64,000 nucleotides of DNA from the IMG/VR virus record IMGVR_UViG_2890524856_000001, positions 18,580 to 82,579 of that record; one strand, 5' to 3'. This document shows, piece by piece, positions 1-9,571 of this stretch; position 1 is the stretch's first letter; each line of letters starts with the position of its first letter. The DNA comes from a virus. Its lineage: Duplodnaviria > Caudoviricetes. Position numbers and translations under genes: made by a program. Below the pieces are notes generated by a model. The model did no database searches, had not been told where the DNA came from, and saw only the letters and a list, made by a program, of their open reading frames with translations.

Positions 1-307
1 AGCTTCTACGAAATGAAATTTTGTGACATGGGCGGTATAGCGCAGTAATGCTTAGCGGTGGATAAACATCCTTTCCCTGAGCTCCTGCTACATCATTCGA
101 CTTCTCAACCTTGATTATCTGAAATTCATAGTTATAGCTTCCCGCAATGAGAAAATTCCCCTCTACGGCCTGCTTATCAATTTCCTCAGATCCCCTAAGA
201 GTCACCTCCAAAGAGGCCGGAACCGGTGAAAGATCAGTCCGCAAAACCGCGGAAATAACCATGTCGCCAGGCAAAACGCTCCCATTTTGAAGGGTTATAT
301 TCATAAC

Positions 308-760
308 TCAAATTGAGATAATCGGCTGAAAAAAAGCAAGGCTTGGCATGATTTGCTCATACTGAACAATGTCATTCTGTATTTCTGATGTCGTTCTACC
401 GTACACGTCAACACCAAGGTTTCGAGAAGCCTCAAGGTAAATTGCATTCTCGCGCTCAACGTAAAGCATGAAGAGTGGCTTGATAATCCCCCACTCGTGC
501 TGACTTAGTTTTGTCGACGAATCAACCCAATCTGTCGGAGGAACAGGCAATGAATTGAAGCATGGGGAGGATGCATCGCTTAGATCGGTTCCAAGTAGAG
601 CGTCAGCAGGCAACTTACTTTCGATAGCACCAAAAGTTGCATAAAAGCGAGCTGCATTTACTGCCTGCTGAATCACTACCGGGGCATCCAAAACAATACC
701 AAGCGGTCGCTCTTTGGTAAGAAGCGACTCCGCGAGTAGATTAATGCTTATGGATTCCAT
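308..760 (-). CDS. Conserved hypothetical protein, likely virion morphogenesis
   Basis: 150 aa ORF 8 nt downstream of the tube-like gene, in the same late operon. Confidence 0.7.
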   Translation of the reverse strand: MESISINLLAESLLTKERPLGIVLDAPVVIQQAVNAARFYATFGAIESKLPADALLGTDLSDASSPCFNSLPVPPTDWVDSSTKLSQHEWGIIKPLFMLYVERENAIYLEASRNLGVDVYGRTTSEIQNDIVQYEQIMPSLAFFQPIISI

Positions 761-768
761 TGGGCGAA

Positions 769-1266
769 TTAGACAGGCGCCCGATTACCAGGAATATCAT
801 CTCCGAAATAGTGGAAATGAATAGTCCCTGTAATTGTCATAACCTGGGATCGGTTCTCCCAATCTCGGTCAGGGTTATCCAAGACCAAGAAGCAGTCGAC
901 GATTCGTTTGGCACGTATGAACGATTCTGGAACGCCCTCATAGACTTTTGCATTGAAGCGGGCGCCGCTTCGAAGCTGGGACAGCATCATGGCCGAAACG
1001 TGATTTGCGGTTGTTTCGAACAGCGTAATCGCCCCTTGATGGTAGATTTTAGTCTGCTGCGGCTGAGTTGAATTCATTCCCATTGGCATTGGAATTTCAA
1101 TTTCGCCACCCGACGACATAACAGGCCATGGAAACTGCTTCGTCAGCATCCACATGTCCTCAAAACCCTCGATTTCGAGTGCGCCGTCTGAGGAAATTAC
1201 CTTATCACCCATAGCTCGAATCGAGCCATAAGTACCCTTGAGTAAATTTAATGCAGAAATTGTCAT
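769..1266 (-). CDS. Tail tube/baseplate tube-fold protein (P1 BplB-like)
   Basis: 165 aa; pattern SSD..LEIEGFED..L.KQFPWP and C-terminal ITGTIHFHYF resemble P1 BplB; good RBS (AGGAGG) and late-promoter motif upstream. Confidence 0.55.
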   Translation of the reverse strand: MTISALNLLKGTYGSIRAMGDKVISSDGALEIEGFEDMWMLTKQFPWPVMSSGGEIEIPMPMGMNSTQPQQTKIYHQGAITLFETTANHVSAMMLSQLRSGARFNAKVYEGVPESFIRAKRIVDCFLVLDNPDRDWENRSQVMTITGTIHFHYFGDDIPGNRAPV

Positions 1267-1300
1267 TGCCCCTCCTAAATGGGAAATGTCTAAAGTCTTT

Positions 1301-1341
1301 ACTTTAAGGAGAGGGGGAGCGATTTAGTCCGCGACTTTTCC
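1301..1341 (-). promoter_or_regulatory. Putative late promoter copy 1
   Basis: Minus strand GGAAAA-N29-TAAAGT; the same spacing occurs at four other late operon starts. Confidence 0.7.
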
Positions 1342-1374
1342 AAAAAACGCATGGAATAAGATGCCTTAGAAATG

Positions 1375-1401
1375 AAAAAGCCCCGATATTTCTTCGGGGC
1401 T
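1375..1401 (-). terminator. Rho-independent terminator after rha
   Basis: AGCCCCGA/TCGGGGCT stem followed by a T-run on the minus strand. Confidence 0.75.
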
Positions 1402-1417
1402 AGTGCGTATTTCAATA

Positions 1418-2347
1418 CTAAGTAGTTTGTCGGAATAGCATTTTTAATGCTTCATTACCAGCAGAAGTCCCAATTAAAGATAGCGCGCCTACTTGGGAAT
1501 CAAGAATCTTAACCCCAGACTGGATCGCCATAAACTCAATATAAGGGGCATCGACATTGTGCCCATCCTGATGCATTTCTTCCAATAATTTAGCGATTGA
1601 TGAAGAAAACCTTGCATTTGCAAATGTGCGTAAATCGAGCTTTGGAAGCTTCAATGACCCATCCTCACGAGTTCCGCAAAAATGAGGCTGCATAAGCATT
1701 TCTTTTGGATAAGAGTATTTTTTTTGCTCAACCGGTGAAATTGCCGGCGACTCAAGCAACTCCCATTCAGCAGCGTATCGCGTTATCAGAGATAAAGCTT
1801 CGGAGTACTCTGCCTTTGGAATTTCGCGATAGTTGACGCCAAAATGCGACTTTAGCCTTGACCATCCCTTGACCATAAAAGTGGCCTGCTTATCTTTAGG
1901 GAGGTGGTCGCATGTTGCTTTCAACGTCATGCGAATTTCTTCAGCCTGGTCAGCAGACAAAACGTCATGTGAATTTACAGAATATGGGGCGCGACTTTGG
2001 CCTGAAATTCTCGCCAACTCCTCTTCCATCTTGTTAAACGCGTCAATGTAAGCCTCCTTCCACTTAGCAGCGTCTTTACCAGTGAAACCCATAGCAAGGA
2101 ACATGAAGCCATCTCTTGCAATTACGTAACAAGGCAATTTTCTTCCTGTTGAATCATAAAATTCACTCAGCGCAAAATTGCGTTCAGTGAATTCCGATGA
2201 ACATTCCAATTTTGAAATTGCACGCAACACATCCGCATGGCGCTTGCCGAACTTTTCAGCAATTAAATTGCTGCTAGTAACCGCACGGTCGTTTGTAATA
2301 GAAACAATGGAAGTTGCAAGAGCTGCGGATGATGTGGAATTAGACAT
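1418..2347 (-). CDS. rha: Rha-family phage regulatory/antirepressor-like protein
   Basis: N-terminal Rha motif (SSNLIAEKFGKRHADVLRAI...ARDGFMFLAMGFTGKDAAKWKEAYIDAF); start moved to ATG 2347 with SD AAGGTG. Confidence 0.9.
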   Translation of the reverse strand: MSNSTSSAALATSIVSITNDRAVTSSNLIAEKFGKRHADVLRAISKLECSSEFTERNFALSEFYDSTGRKLPCYVIARDGFMFLAMGFTGKDAAKWKEAYIDAFNKMEEELARISGQSRAPYSVNSHDVLSADQAEEIRMTLKATCDHLPKDKQATFMVKGWSRLKSHFGVNYREIPKAEYSEALSLITRYAAEWELLESPAISPVEQKKYSYPKEMLMQPHFCGTREDGSLKLPKLDLRTFANARFSSSIAKLLEEMHQDGHNVDAPYIEFMAIQSGVKILDSQVGALSLIGTSAGNEALKMLFRQTT

Positions 2348-2399
2348 AGTGGCACCTTTTTGATTGATTTCAGAGATCAACCACTCCAAACTCCAATTT

Positions 2400-2482
2400 G
2401 GGGTGGGAGACTGTACGAGGTTGGAGTTCTAGCCAAAAGGAAAACTAGCGAGCCTTACGACTCCCTCGCACAGCCCCCCATA
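2400..2482 (-). ncRNA. c4-type antisense RNA controlling rha
   Basis: Minus strand closing stem, GAGTC-GTAA-GGCTC GNRA hairpin and CTAG-closed loop. Element AACTCCAA is complementary to TTGGAGTT downstream (2389-2396) and to GGAGT upstream (2551-2560). Element CCTTTTGG is complementary to CCAAAA upstream (2538-2543) and to the rha SD region (2355-2362). Confidence 0.75.
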
Positions 2483-2647
2483 GGTAACAGCTGCGCCACG
2501 CGAAAAAAAAGCCGACATGATGTAGGCTTCGCGCCCATTTTGGTTTCAGGACTCCACTCCCGATCGCCTCTTTATCAGCGATGCAGAAATCTTATTCCTT
2601 AGAAGTGCAAATGTCAAACCAATCAAAAATTAGGCTTTTTCGGCGCA

Positions 2648-2677
2648 ATTATAGCCATATATGAATAATTTTGGCAA
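2648..2677 (-). promoter_or_regulatory. sigma70 promoter of the c4-rha unit with operator in the spacer
   Basis: TTGCCA-N18-TATAAT on the minus strand; operator AGCCATATATGAAT at 2653-2666. Confidence 0.7.
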
Positions 2678-2853
2678 CACAATATGTTTTCATTTTTTTA
2701 TTTATTAGTACATTAAACCACCCGCTTCTTAGCGATACCTACTTGCCAGCAAAAAAAAATCTATATATGAATTTTATTAACCACAAAATAATCAAATTAG
2801 CAATTATTGATAGGTAATTTTATAATCAGTGAATCACAATAACATTTATATTT

Positions 2854-3249
2854 ATGAAACCGATTCGCTACGCATTTCTTCTTTCAACCCTAATTTTCAC
2901 TTCAACATCAGCCTATTCTGAAGAGGCCTCTTTCACAAAGGATTATGAGATTTGCATGAGTAAATCGGATGGTATAACCACTGAAATGCTTGCATGCAAT
3001 GATGATGAATTCACAAGGCAAGACAAGCTGCTAAACATAAACTACAAGCAGGTGATGAAAGTCGTATCGAATGAAAGAAGAAAAAGGATTCTTGATGCCC
3101 AGAGAGCCTGGATAAAGTACCGAGATACCAATTGCGACTCATACATTGACGCAGATGGCGGAACATCATCAATACTGAATGCATCATCTTGCAAGTTAAA
3201 ATTAACGGCAGCAAGAGCATCTGAATTAAAGCTAATTTCAGGAAATTAA
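2854..3249 (+). CDS. Secreted lysozyme inhibitor LprI (DUF1311) family protein
   Basis: Signal peptide, then C...TTEMLAC...QDKLLNINYKQVM...LDAQRAWIKYRDTNC...C; AT-rich moron opposite to the late genes. Confidence 0.85.
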   Translation: MKPIRYAFLLSTLIFTSTSAYSEEASFTKDYEICMSKSDGITTEMLACNDDEFTRQDKLLNINYKQVMKVVSNERRKRILDAQRAWIKYRDTNCDSYIDADGGTSSILNASSCKLKLTAARASELKLISGN

Positions 3250-3317
3250 CTTTAATCGGAAGTTGATTGAATGCGCCACTTGCGGCCTGCCCTCTTGACT
3301 TTCGATGGCAAATTAAA

Positions 3318-3357
3318 GCAACAAAAAGCGTATAAAAAGTAATACGCTTTTTGTTGC
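3318..3357. terminator. Bidirectional terminator between lprI and the tape measure gene
   Basis: Perfect 16-bp inverted repeat GCAACAAAAAGCGTAT/ATACGCTTTTTGTTGC. Confidence 0.8.
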
Positions 3358-3372
3358 AAAATATTCGATTGC

Positions 3373-6300
3373 CTAGCCGCCGCGCCAATTCCCACCTATC
3401 CCACCGGTTGCGATATGCGCAATGCCTCTATCTTTGATGTCTTGACCGATATCACCCTTATCAACTTTGACGCTCAGTGGACTTTGTTTTTCCGATCCAT
3501 ATATTTGCGTCATAACACTTGACGACGGAGCCTCAGGAATTGCGCTGGCCTGTGCTGGCATTTTTGGCATTTCAGGAATGCTAGGCATGGCCGGCATAGA
3601 AGGGACGGCAACCGGTTGCGCGCTCAAAATTGGAGATTCCCCATAATTCGTAACGGCGCTATTCCCAATCTTTGTTGGAGCAACCTCATCATCGTCATCT
3701 TCATCTGGCTCATAGTAAGGAATTGGAGCGAATGATCGTTTTGATACGTCAGAGGGCGGTAACGGCTCGCTGTATTTAGGCGCGGCACCTGGAAGAGATG
3801 GAGCGAACATTGCATCCTGCGACATGGGGTCAATGCCTTTATCACTAATCTTGTCTGCAATGGACTCTCCTCCAAGTACCGGCGTATTTTGTGTTCCGTC
3901 TTTCTTTTTATATAACGATGCAAACTCAGAATTATCGTACGTCATCCCAAATCTCCGGACATCTTTTGGCGATTCTTTTGGCGCACTTACATCCGACACA
4001 TCTGGAATTATCGCCCCTTGTTTAGCTAATGTAGCCGCAGTAGGTTGAATGGCGGCATCCAATGGAATTGCAGATTCAGGCGTAGATCCTTTATCGCTAG
4101 TAGTCACTCCTTCTGTAGATGCCTTCGAAAGAGATCCAGATGGGTATGACGCCAACTCAAGTAGCCGATCTTTTTCCTTACTAGCCCTAGCAAGAGTCCC
4201 CGCTCGTTGCTCTTTGCTAGAGCTTGCAAACAATACATCATTATTCTTTATTTTATAGTCTTGAATCGCAGAAACAATATCTGCGTCACTCATTTTTGCG
4301 AGATCCTTGTCACCCAAGGCCGACTTGACCATTGATACTGCACCAGTTTTTGATTTATCGCTTCCAGCGCCAAATTGAGTACTGGTTGACCAAATTGCAT
4401 CTTTAACAGCAGAGCCACGATCTGACAGATCGATACCTGATTTTTTAAGACCGCTCATTGCTGGATCATAATGAGTGCTTTTTATAAAATCATGCTGTGC
4501 AGATTCAAATTTTGGGTCAGTTTTAGCAACATCTTTCCACTTATCGCTAAATTCCTTCGTACCTGGCTTCAACCCTTTGAAGGTATCCCCATATGAAGTA
4601 GATGATAAAAATTTATCTACCGTACCAGCTTTCGAAGAGAGTTGATAGGTGCCGTATGAAACGCCACCATTGTCTCCGCGCCCAGTTGAAACAGCCCCGG
4701 CTCCGGCCTTTCCAGACTCAAACATTTTTGATGTTTGCCCTAAAATCCAATTTCCAGAACTCCGTGCACCATCAACAATTGCGCTGCTAGCTGCGATTGC
4801 AGCCCTGCCGCCGCGAGTATTAGCGGCTGCGGCGACCGCTCCGTCAATTGCATCTTTGCCCTTCTCAATTATTGGAGCCGATGCCTCTTTAACTTGAGTC
4901 GCCTTTTCAATTACGGCATCTTTGACAATACCTACCTTTTTTGATGCTCCATCAACAATTTCTGAGGCCTTTTTCTTACCATCCTCGATAACCTTATCAA
5001 TATCGAGGCCAAATTTATCTTTGAGGAACCCCTTGACCGCATCAATAACAACCCCGAATGTCTTACTGACGGTTTTCGAAACATCTTCGAAATAGTCATT
5101 GAATTTTTTGACGCCGGCGTCCCATGTACTCGAGATCCCCATAACAGCAGAGTTCCAGCCAGACGAAATCAGTTCTGTCATTGAATTCCAGGTCGACATT
5201 ATTCGCTTCGGCATATCGGACTTGCGTAGGTCATTGACCCATCCGCCGATCTCCTTACCTACGATTTCTCCGCCGACACTTCCTAGCCAACCACCAAGCA
5301 GACCGCCTATAACAGTGCCAACACCAGGTAAGATAAAAGTGCCGATGGTCGCGCCAAGCGCGGCACCGCCAGCCATCCCGCCGACAGAACCTGCCGTGCC
5401 TGACACATTTTCTATATGCCTGTCCTTTTTCTGGTCATCAGTTAGCGTGGAGTCAGCTTCAGTCGCATTCGCATCCATCGCCATGCCGCCGAGAGTAAGC
5501 AACGTACCCAATATAGGGACTTTCTTCAGCAACTTCCCTGCACCACCAGCTAATCGCCCCAGCTTAGAAGCAGATTTGACTGCTACGCCGGCCTCCGCAG
5601 CAACTGCGCCCCCGGCTGCTGAAGAATTTGCGCCAATTTCAGCGGCCTTCCCTCCTACGCCTAAAGCATCTTTCGCACGTTCAACTAATCCCTTTTTCGG
5701 CGCGCTACCAAACGATGGAATCAGTCCGCCTATTACAGGAACTCTCCTCAACAAGTTTAATAGCGGCGCTAAAAGCATTCCCAGGAAACTTCCAACGCCA
5801 GATGAACTATTACCGGCAGCGCCAAGCTTTGTGCGATCTCCAAGAGCGTCCAGCTTTTTCTGGATTGCCTTACCCTGATCTTCATCACCACGCCGAATGT
5901 CGGTGAGAGCGCCCCATATCTGCTGATACCATGCAAGCTTACGCTTCTCAATACGCAGGGACATATCAGAACCATTGTCAGTTCTAGCCGCTGCTGTGGA
6001 ACTTACCCCTGCGGCGCCACTCCGGCCAAGTCGTATTGCCCCGCGTGCCATTGGAATTGCAATTTTTCCGACTGGAGCCAGTAAAGACTTCATCTCGTTC
6101 GCAGCGGCGATAGTCGGATCAAAGTCTTGGCTCATCATTGATTTGCCAGCATCTACAGCCATGACTGCAGCTGATTTAAGATGCTTCAACCCTCCGTTTG
6201 ACGTGCCGCCGTCCGGATCCCCTACTTCATTGCGCTTTAAAAATCGGCCATTCGCCGCCCGGTCTATTTTCTCCAGCATCGACTTATTAGAGGCCGCCGA

Positions 6301-6690
6301 CTTTGAAATTTCCTGCGCTATTAAATTTTCACCACTAGGCTTTGATGCTGCTATAAATCTCCCAGACGCATCTCGTTCACGGGGCTTAATTTGCGATAAA
6401 TATTCATCGATAGCTTTTTTTGAGTCCGGATTCTCAACGTTTATCGTGGAAGTTTTTTGCGCGACCTGGTGCAAAGTCACATCACTTTTCTTTTTCAAAT
6501 CAACTGGAACTACCGTAGAGTCATTTGCAGCCTTCGACTTAATAACCGAATTCATGGCAGCCTGATTTGCACCCATTGCGGAGCGTATTGCCGCTACATC
6601 AGCACGTATATCGTTCCAAATAGAGATTGCCTTTGCCCAGTCAACGGGCTCACCCATAAGGAATCCGAGGTTATCGCTCTTTAATGCCAT
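3373..6690 (-). CDS. Tape-measure-like protein (P1 Sit analogue) with VgrG3-type muramidase domain
   Basis: 1105 aa, Gly/Ala-rich hydrophobic stretches; domain near 4150-4750 (SKMFESG...GDNGGVSYGTYQLSS...AQHDFIKSTHYDP...AIWSTSTQFG); follows tub. Confidence 0.8.
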   Translation of the reverse strand: MALKSDNLGFLMGEPVDWAKAISIWNDIRADVAAIRSAMGANQAAMNSVIKSKAANDSTVVPVDLKKKSDVTLHQVAQKTSTINVENPDSKKAIDEYLSQIKPRERDASGRFIAASKPSGENLIAQEISKSAASNKSMLEKIDRAANGRFLKRNEVGDPDGGTSNGGLKHLKSAAVMAVDAGKSMMSQDFDPTIAAANEMKSLLAPVGKIAIPMARGAIRLGRSGAAGVSSTAAARTDNGSDMSLRIEKRKLAWYQQIWGALTDIRRGDEDQGKAIQKKLDALGDRTKLGAAGNSSSGVGSFLGMLLAPLLNLLRRVPVIGGLIPSFGSAPKKGLVERAKDALGVGGKAAEIGANSSAAGGAVAAEAGVAVKSASKLGRLAGGAGKLLKKVPILGTLLTLGGMAMDANATEADSTLTDDQKKDRHIENVSGTAGSVGGMAGGAALGATIGTFILPGVGTVIGGLLGGWLGSVGGEIVGKEIGGWVNDLRKSDMPKRIMSTWNSMTELISSGWNSAVMGISSTWDAGVKKFNDYFEDVSKTVSKTFGVVIDAVKGFLKDKFGLDIDKVIEDGKKKASEIVDGASKKVGIVKDAVIEKATQVKEASAPIIEKGKDAIDGAVAAAANTRGGRAAIAASSAIVDGARSSGNWILGQTSKMFESGKAGAGAVSTGRGDNGGVSYGTYQLSSKAGTVDKFLSSTSYGDTFKGLKPGTKEFSDKWKDVAKTDPKFESAQHDFIKSTHYDPAMSGLKKSGIDLSDRGSAVKDAIWSTSTQFGAGSDKSKTGAVSMVKSALGDKDLAKMSDADIVSAIQDYKIKNNDVLFASSSKEQRAGTLARASKEKDRLLELASYPSGSLSKASTEGVTTSDKGSTPESAIPLDAAIQPTAATLAKQGAIIPDVSDVSAPKESPKDVRRFGMTYDNSEFASLYKKKDGTQNTPVLGGESIADKISDKGIDPMSQDAMFAPSLPGAAPKYSEPLPPSDVSKRSFAPIPYYEPDEDDDDEVAPTKIGNSAVTNYGESPILSAQPVAVPSMPAMPSIPEMPKMPAQASAIPEAPSSSVMTQIYGSEKQSPLSVKVDKGDIGQDIKDRGIAHIATGGIGGNWRGG

Positions 6691-6692
6691 TT

Positions 6693-7529
6693 TTATGTCA
6701 CCGGGAAATAATTATCAAACTGAACAAAGGTCAGCACCAGTTCTTGCATCGCGCTATCTCTACGGGACAGCTCCATATCTATATTGCCCGGTCGTACATA
6801 GACAGTATCAACATACCCATCTGCGCCCCCAGACTCATCTGTAATGAATGAGTGAACCAGTCGAATTTTTATTAGGAAATCAGCTGGAAGCCCTACTGTT
6901 CCGTCGCTGGGGACAGCCTGTTTACATTTCCCGACAAACCATTTTTTCAAAGTTCCGTTCGCATCATCAAGTGTTGTAATGCGCATATCCATTGGCTCAG
7001 ATGCCGAGAGCGAATCAACAGAGGTAGAGCCAATTTTTCGCTTCTCGCCCGTCAAAGTCCACGGGGAATATGAAACCTCTGTAGCAAACATATTGAAGGT
7101 GCCGGTAACCCCACCCTCCTCCATATACATTCCAGAATCGTCATCGGCAGGACTAACATCAGTGACCTCGATAAGAAAAAGATTTTTCCTTGCGAAATCA
7201 GTATTCGCATATCCGTCGTATATACGCTTAGCCTCAGATGGCGATATCCCTCCAAAACACGGAGTAGGCGTTTGCATGTAAAGCATCTGATCAATTATGT
7301 CGGCGCCAATAGACGACTTTTTACGAAGCGCCCCCATACCAACACCAATCGCAGATGCTATTGCGCCGTTCACGTTCCCGCTCAATAGCCTGGCGCCCGC
7401 GCCAATCAAACCACCCGCACCGGCCGGAAGGTGCTTCTTTAATTGCGCCTGAGCTATGCTGGAGCCAGCACTGAGCACCGCCCCTTTCGCACCTTGCAAC
7501 TTTTGCGAAACATTATCAAACAGCCCCAT
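6693..7529 (-). CDS. tub: Tail tube-fold protein (P1 Tub-like)
   Basis: DDANGTLKKWF...PSDGTVGLPADFLIKIRL matches the P1 Tub pattern. Confidence 0.75.
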   Translation of the reverse strand: MGLFDNVSQKLQGAKGAVLSAGSSIAQAQLKKHLPAGAGGLIGAGARLLSGNVNGAIASAIGVGMGALRKKSSIGADIIDQMLYMQTPTPCFGGISPSEAKRIYDGYANTDFARKNLFLIEVTDVSPADDDSGMYMEEGGVTGTFNMFATEVSYSPWTLTGEKRKIGSTSVDSLSASEPMDMRITTLDDANGTLKKWFVGKCKQAVPSDGTVGLPADFLIKIRLVHSFITDESGGADGYVDTVYVRPGNIDMELSRRDSAMQELVLTFVQFDNYFPVT

Positions 7530-7531
7530 AT

Positions 7532-9085
7532 TTACTCCGCATATTCGCCATCTTTACCGTCGTCAATCTCCGGCTTAATATCTGCAATTTCTGCATACAG
7601 CTTCGCAAGTTCCTCATCCAACAGGAATTGATTAGCAAGGATCGATTGGAAAATACTTTTTGGCAGACCAAGATCCTTCATTTGCTGCAGCGCCTGGACG
7701 AACAGTGCTGCGCTGTTTAGCGCCTCTGATTTCGTCTTTGCCTTCTCCGACTCCATAGCGGAAATCGAGCCATAGAAATTAATTTTGTATGGACGATTGC
7801 TTGGCTCAAAAACAATGCCGTACCGCTTCATCGTGTGAATATCGATGATTGAGTAAAAGAATTCAGATAAGGCATGGCGAATTCCTCGAGCCCGTTCGGC
7901 CGCTTGCGCGCTAACGCGAAAGAAGCCCCCGTCGCCAAGCCCACCGGACAACTGGTCAGCGAATCCAAGCATGGAAAGATCAACACCCAGCGCGCCACTC
8001 AGCATTCGGGCATGAAGCATGATGTCCTCAACGCTAATCGTGCCACCCCGGCCAGCCGCACCGTTTGGAGCGGTCGAAATAGTTTGAACCTGCTTTTCGT
8101 TAAACACCGGTATTAAATGCCGGATGCGCTCCATCACTGGACGCCCATTCTTAACTGCGTCCTCTGCACGCTGCTTTGATGCGCGCAACATCGTGGTGAA
8201 GGTTTTCAGGAACTTGTCTTGTTGACCTGAGGTCATCGATTGCATGTTGATGCTAATCATTTGCTCATCAATGGAATCCATCCAGCGCTGACCAAGCAAA
8301 CCGAGCAACGATGCATACAGATTGTCGTATGCCTCCTCTGCCTGATAGAGGAACGAGCCGCCGACCATGCCAGGAAGAATAGGCAATTTTTTTTCATCAT
8401 CTTCCTGAAGGGTCATCCGAAAGGCTTTTTCAACTACCGAGTATTGCGGCACCCATAACGTGCGAGGCATCTTCAGGCGCGCCATTTGGTCAAGTTGCAG
8501 GCGATCTACCAGCTTTTGCCCTGAGTAAATCATGAACCCAACCGTTCTACTGCCACGCTCATATGGTTGAACCAGTGTAGGCCGCACCAATTCATCGACA
8601 TATAAATCGGTTACGCCAATGCCAGGATGAGAATAGATACGAGCATAAGAGTCACCAAATGCCGCGCCGTTATATGCAGACGTGTAAGCAACCCGATTAA
8701 ATAAGGATGATAAATCGGCTGAAATTTCATCGGCAATTGCGCCTAGCCTCTTGTCTTTTTCGGCAATTGGGGTCTTTTCAATGAAAACGACATCACCGGT
8801 AGTCTCATGTCCACCAAGTGCAGATGTGACCAGCAGCATCAGGGCACTACTTACTATCGGATCACCCTCCATGAATGACCATTTTTCATAGATAGATTGC
8901 CTTGCCTTTGCTACCCGACGACCACTGCCGAGAAGCGCAGAAATCGTGGTGCCGCCATTGAATGTAAAGCCATCGGCCTCAGAGATTTGTTGCGCGGGAA
9001 CTATATTACGGTTAAAAAAAGTCTTTGCCGACTGACCTAATTTACTGAATATCCCAATTTTTGATTTATCAACTGCGTTTGGCAT
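7532..9085 (-). CDS. prt: Portal protein (P1 Prt-like)
   Basis: EDIMLHARMLSGALGVDLSMLGFADQLSGGLGDGGFFR motif characteristic of the P1 portal. Confidence 0.9.
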   Translation of the reverse strand: MPNAVDKSKIGIFSKLGQSAKTFFNRNIVPAQQISEADGFTFNGGTTISALLGSGRRVAKARQSIYEKWSFMEGDPIVSSALMLLVTSALGGHETTGDVVFIEKTPIAEKDKRLGAIADEISADLSSLFNRVAYTSAYNGAAFGDSYARIYSHPGIGVTDLYVDELVRPTLVQPYERGSRTVGFMIYSGQKLVDRLQLDQMARLKMPRTLWVPQYSVVEKAFRMTLQEDDEKKLPILPGMVGGSFLYQAEEAYDNLYASLLGLLGQRWMDSIDEQMISINMQSMTSGQQDKFLKTFTTMLRASKQRAEDAVKNGRPVMERIRHLIPVFNEKQVQTISTAPNGAAGRGGTISVEDIMLHARMLSGALGVDLSMLGFADQLSGGLGDGGFFRVSAQAAERARGIRHALSEFFYSIIDIHTMKRYGIVFEPSNRPYKINFYGSISAMESEKAKTKSEALNSAALFVQALQQMKDLGLPKSIFQSILANQFLLDEELAKLYAEIADIKPEIDDGKDGEYAE

Positions 9086-9114
9086 AGATGAGGCTTCCCC
9101 AATGGTATAGCGTC

Positions 9115-9155
9115 ATTTTGCGTGGTCAAATGCATCTAGCTAAGCCCAATTTTCC
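9115..9155 (-). promoter_or_regulatory. Putative late promoter copy 2 (portal operon)
   Basis: GGAAAA-N29-CAAAAT on the minus strand. Confidence 0.7.
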
Positions 9156-9188
9156 CATTCAACACAACTCAAAGAGAATAAAAATACC

Positions 9189-9217
9189 TTGCCGCAAAAG
9201 CCATTTATGGCTACTAT
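9189..9217 (+). promoter_or_regulatory. sigma70 promoter with consensus operator in the spacer
   Basis: TTGCCG-N17-TACTAT; AGCCATTTATGGCT at 9199-9212. Confidence 0.8.
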
Positions 9218-9261
9218 TATTCTCAATTGAATTTACCTATTTATTTTTAAGGAGCCCGAAT

Positions 9262-9510
9262 ATGCAAAAACAAGCACCAAAACCAAGGTGGATGAGTGAC
9301 AACGCGTTAACGTTCATGCGTGTAAATGAATATTTCTGCAGCAAACGGCGCGCTACCGTCGTTACGCAATGCGATCTGGTGCATGCAGACGGCACGTTGC
9401 TTTATCAAGGCGTAAAGGCTAGCGAGGAAAAAGCTTTAGGCGTTCAAAAAGAAGTCGGTGCGATGGCCTGGGCAATTCAATGCAATACTGACGTTATCAA
9501 TCCTCACTGA
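9262..9510 (+). CDS. Hypothetical protein (82 aa)
   Basis: ATG 9262 with SD AAGGAG, downstream of the promoter; the longer track ORF starts upstream of that promoter. Confidence 0.65.
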   Translation: MQKQAPKPRWMSDNALTFMRVNEYFCSKRRATVVTQCDLVHADGTLLYQGVKASEEKALGVQKEVGAMAWAIQCNTDVINPH

Positions 9511-9571
9511 TCTGAATACACAAGGCTATATGGACATTTATTCACTAACACATTTGGAGTAAGTCACAAAA

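Noticed and set aside
241-300. Sixth late-promoter copy
   Set aside because: Contains CGCGGAAA and CGCTCCC words, but no hexamer pair at 29-nt spacing on either strand
3624-6684. Long plus-strand ORFs opposite the tape measure gene (e.g. 5099-5878, 5975-6565)
   Set aside because: Antisense shadows of a coding gene; no SD or family motifs
9088-9261. N-terminal extension of the 9088-9510 ORF
   Set aside because: Overlaps two promoters; ATG 9262 has the SD
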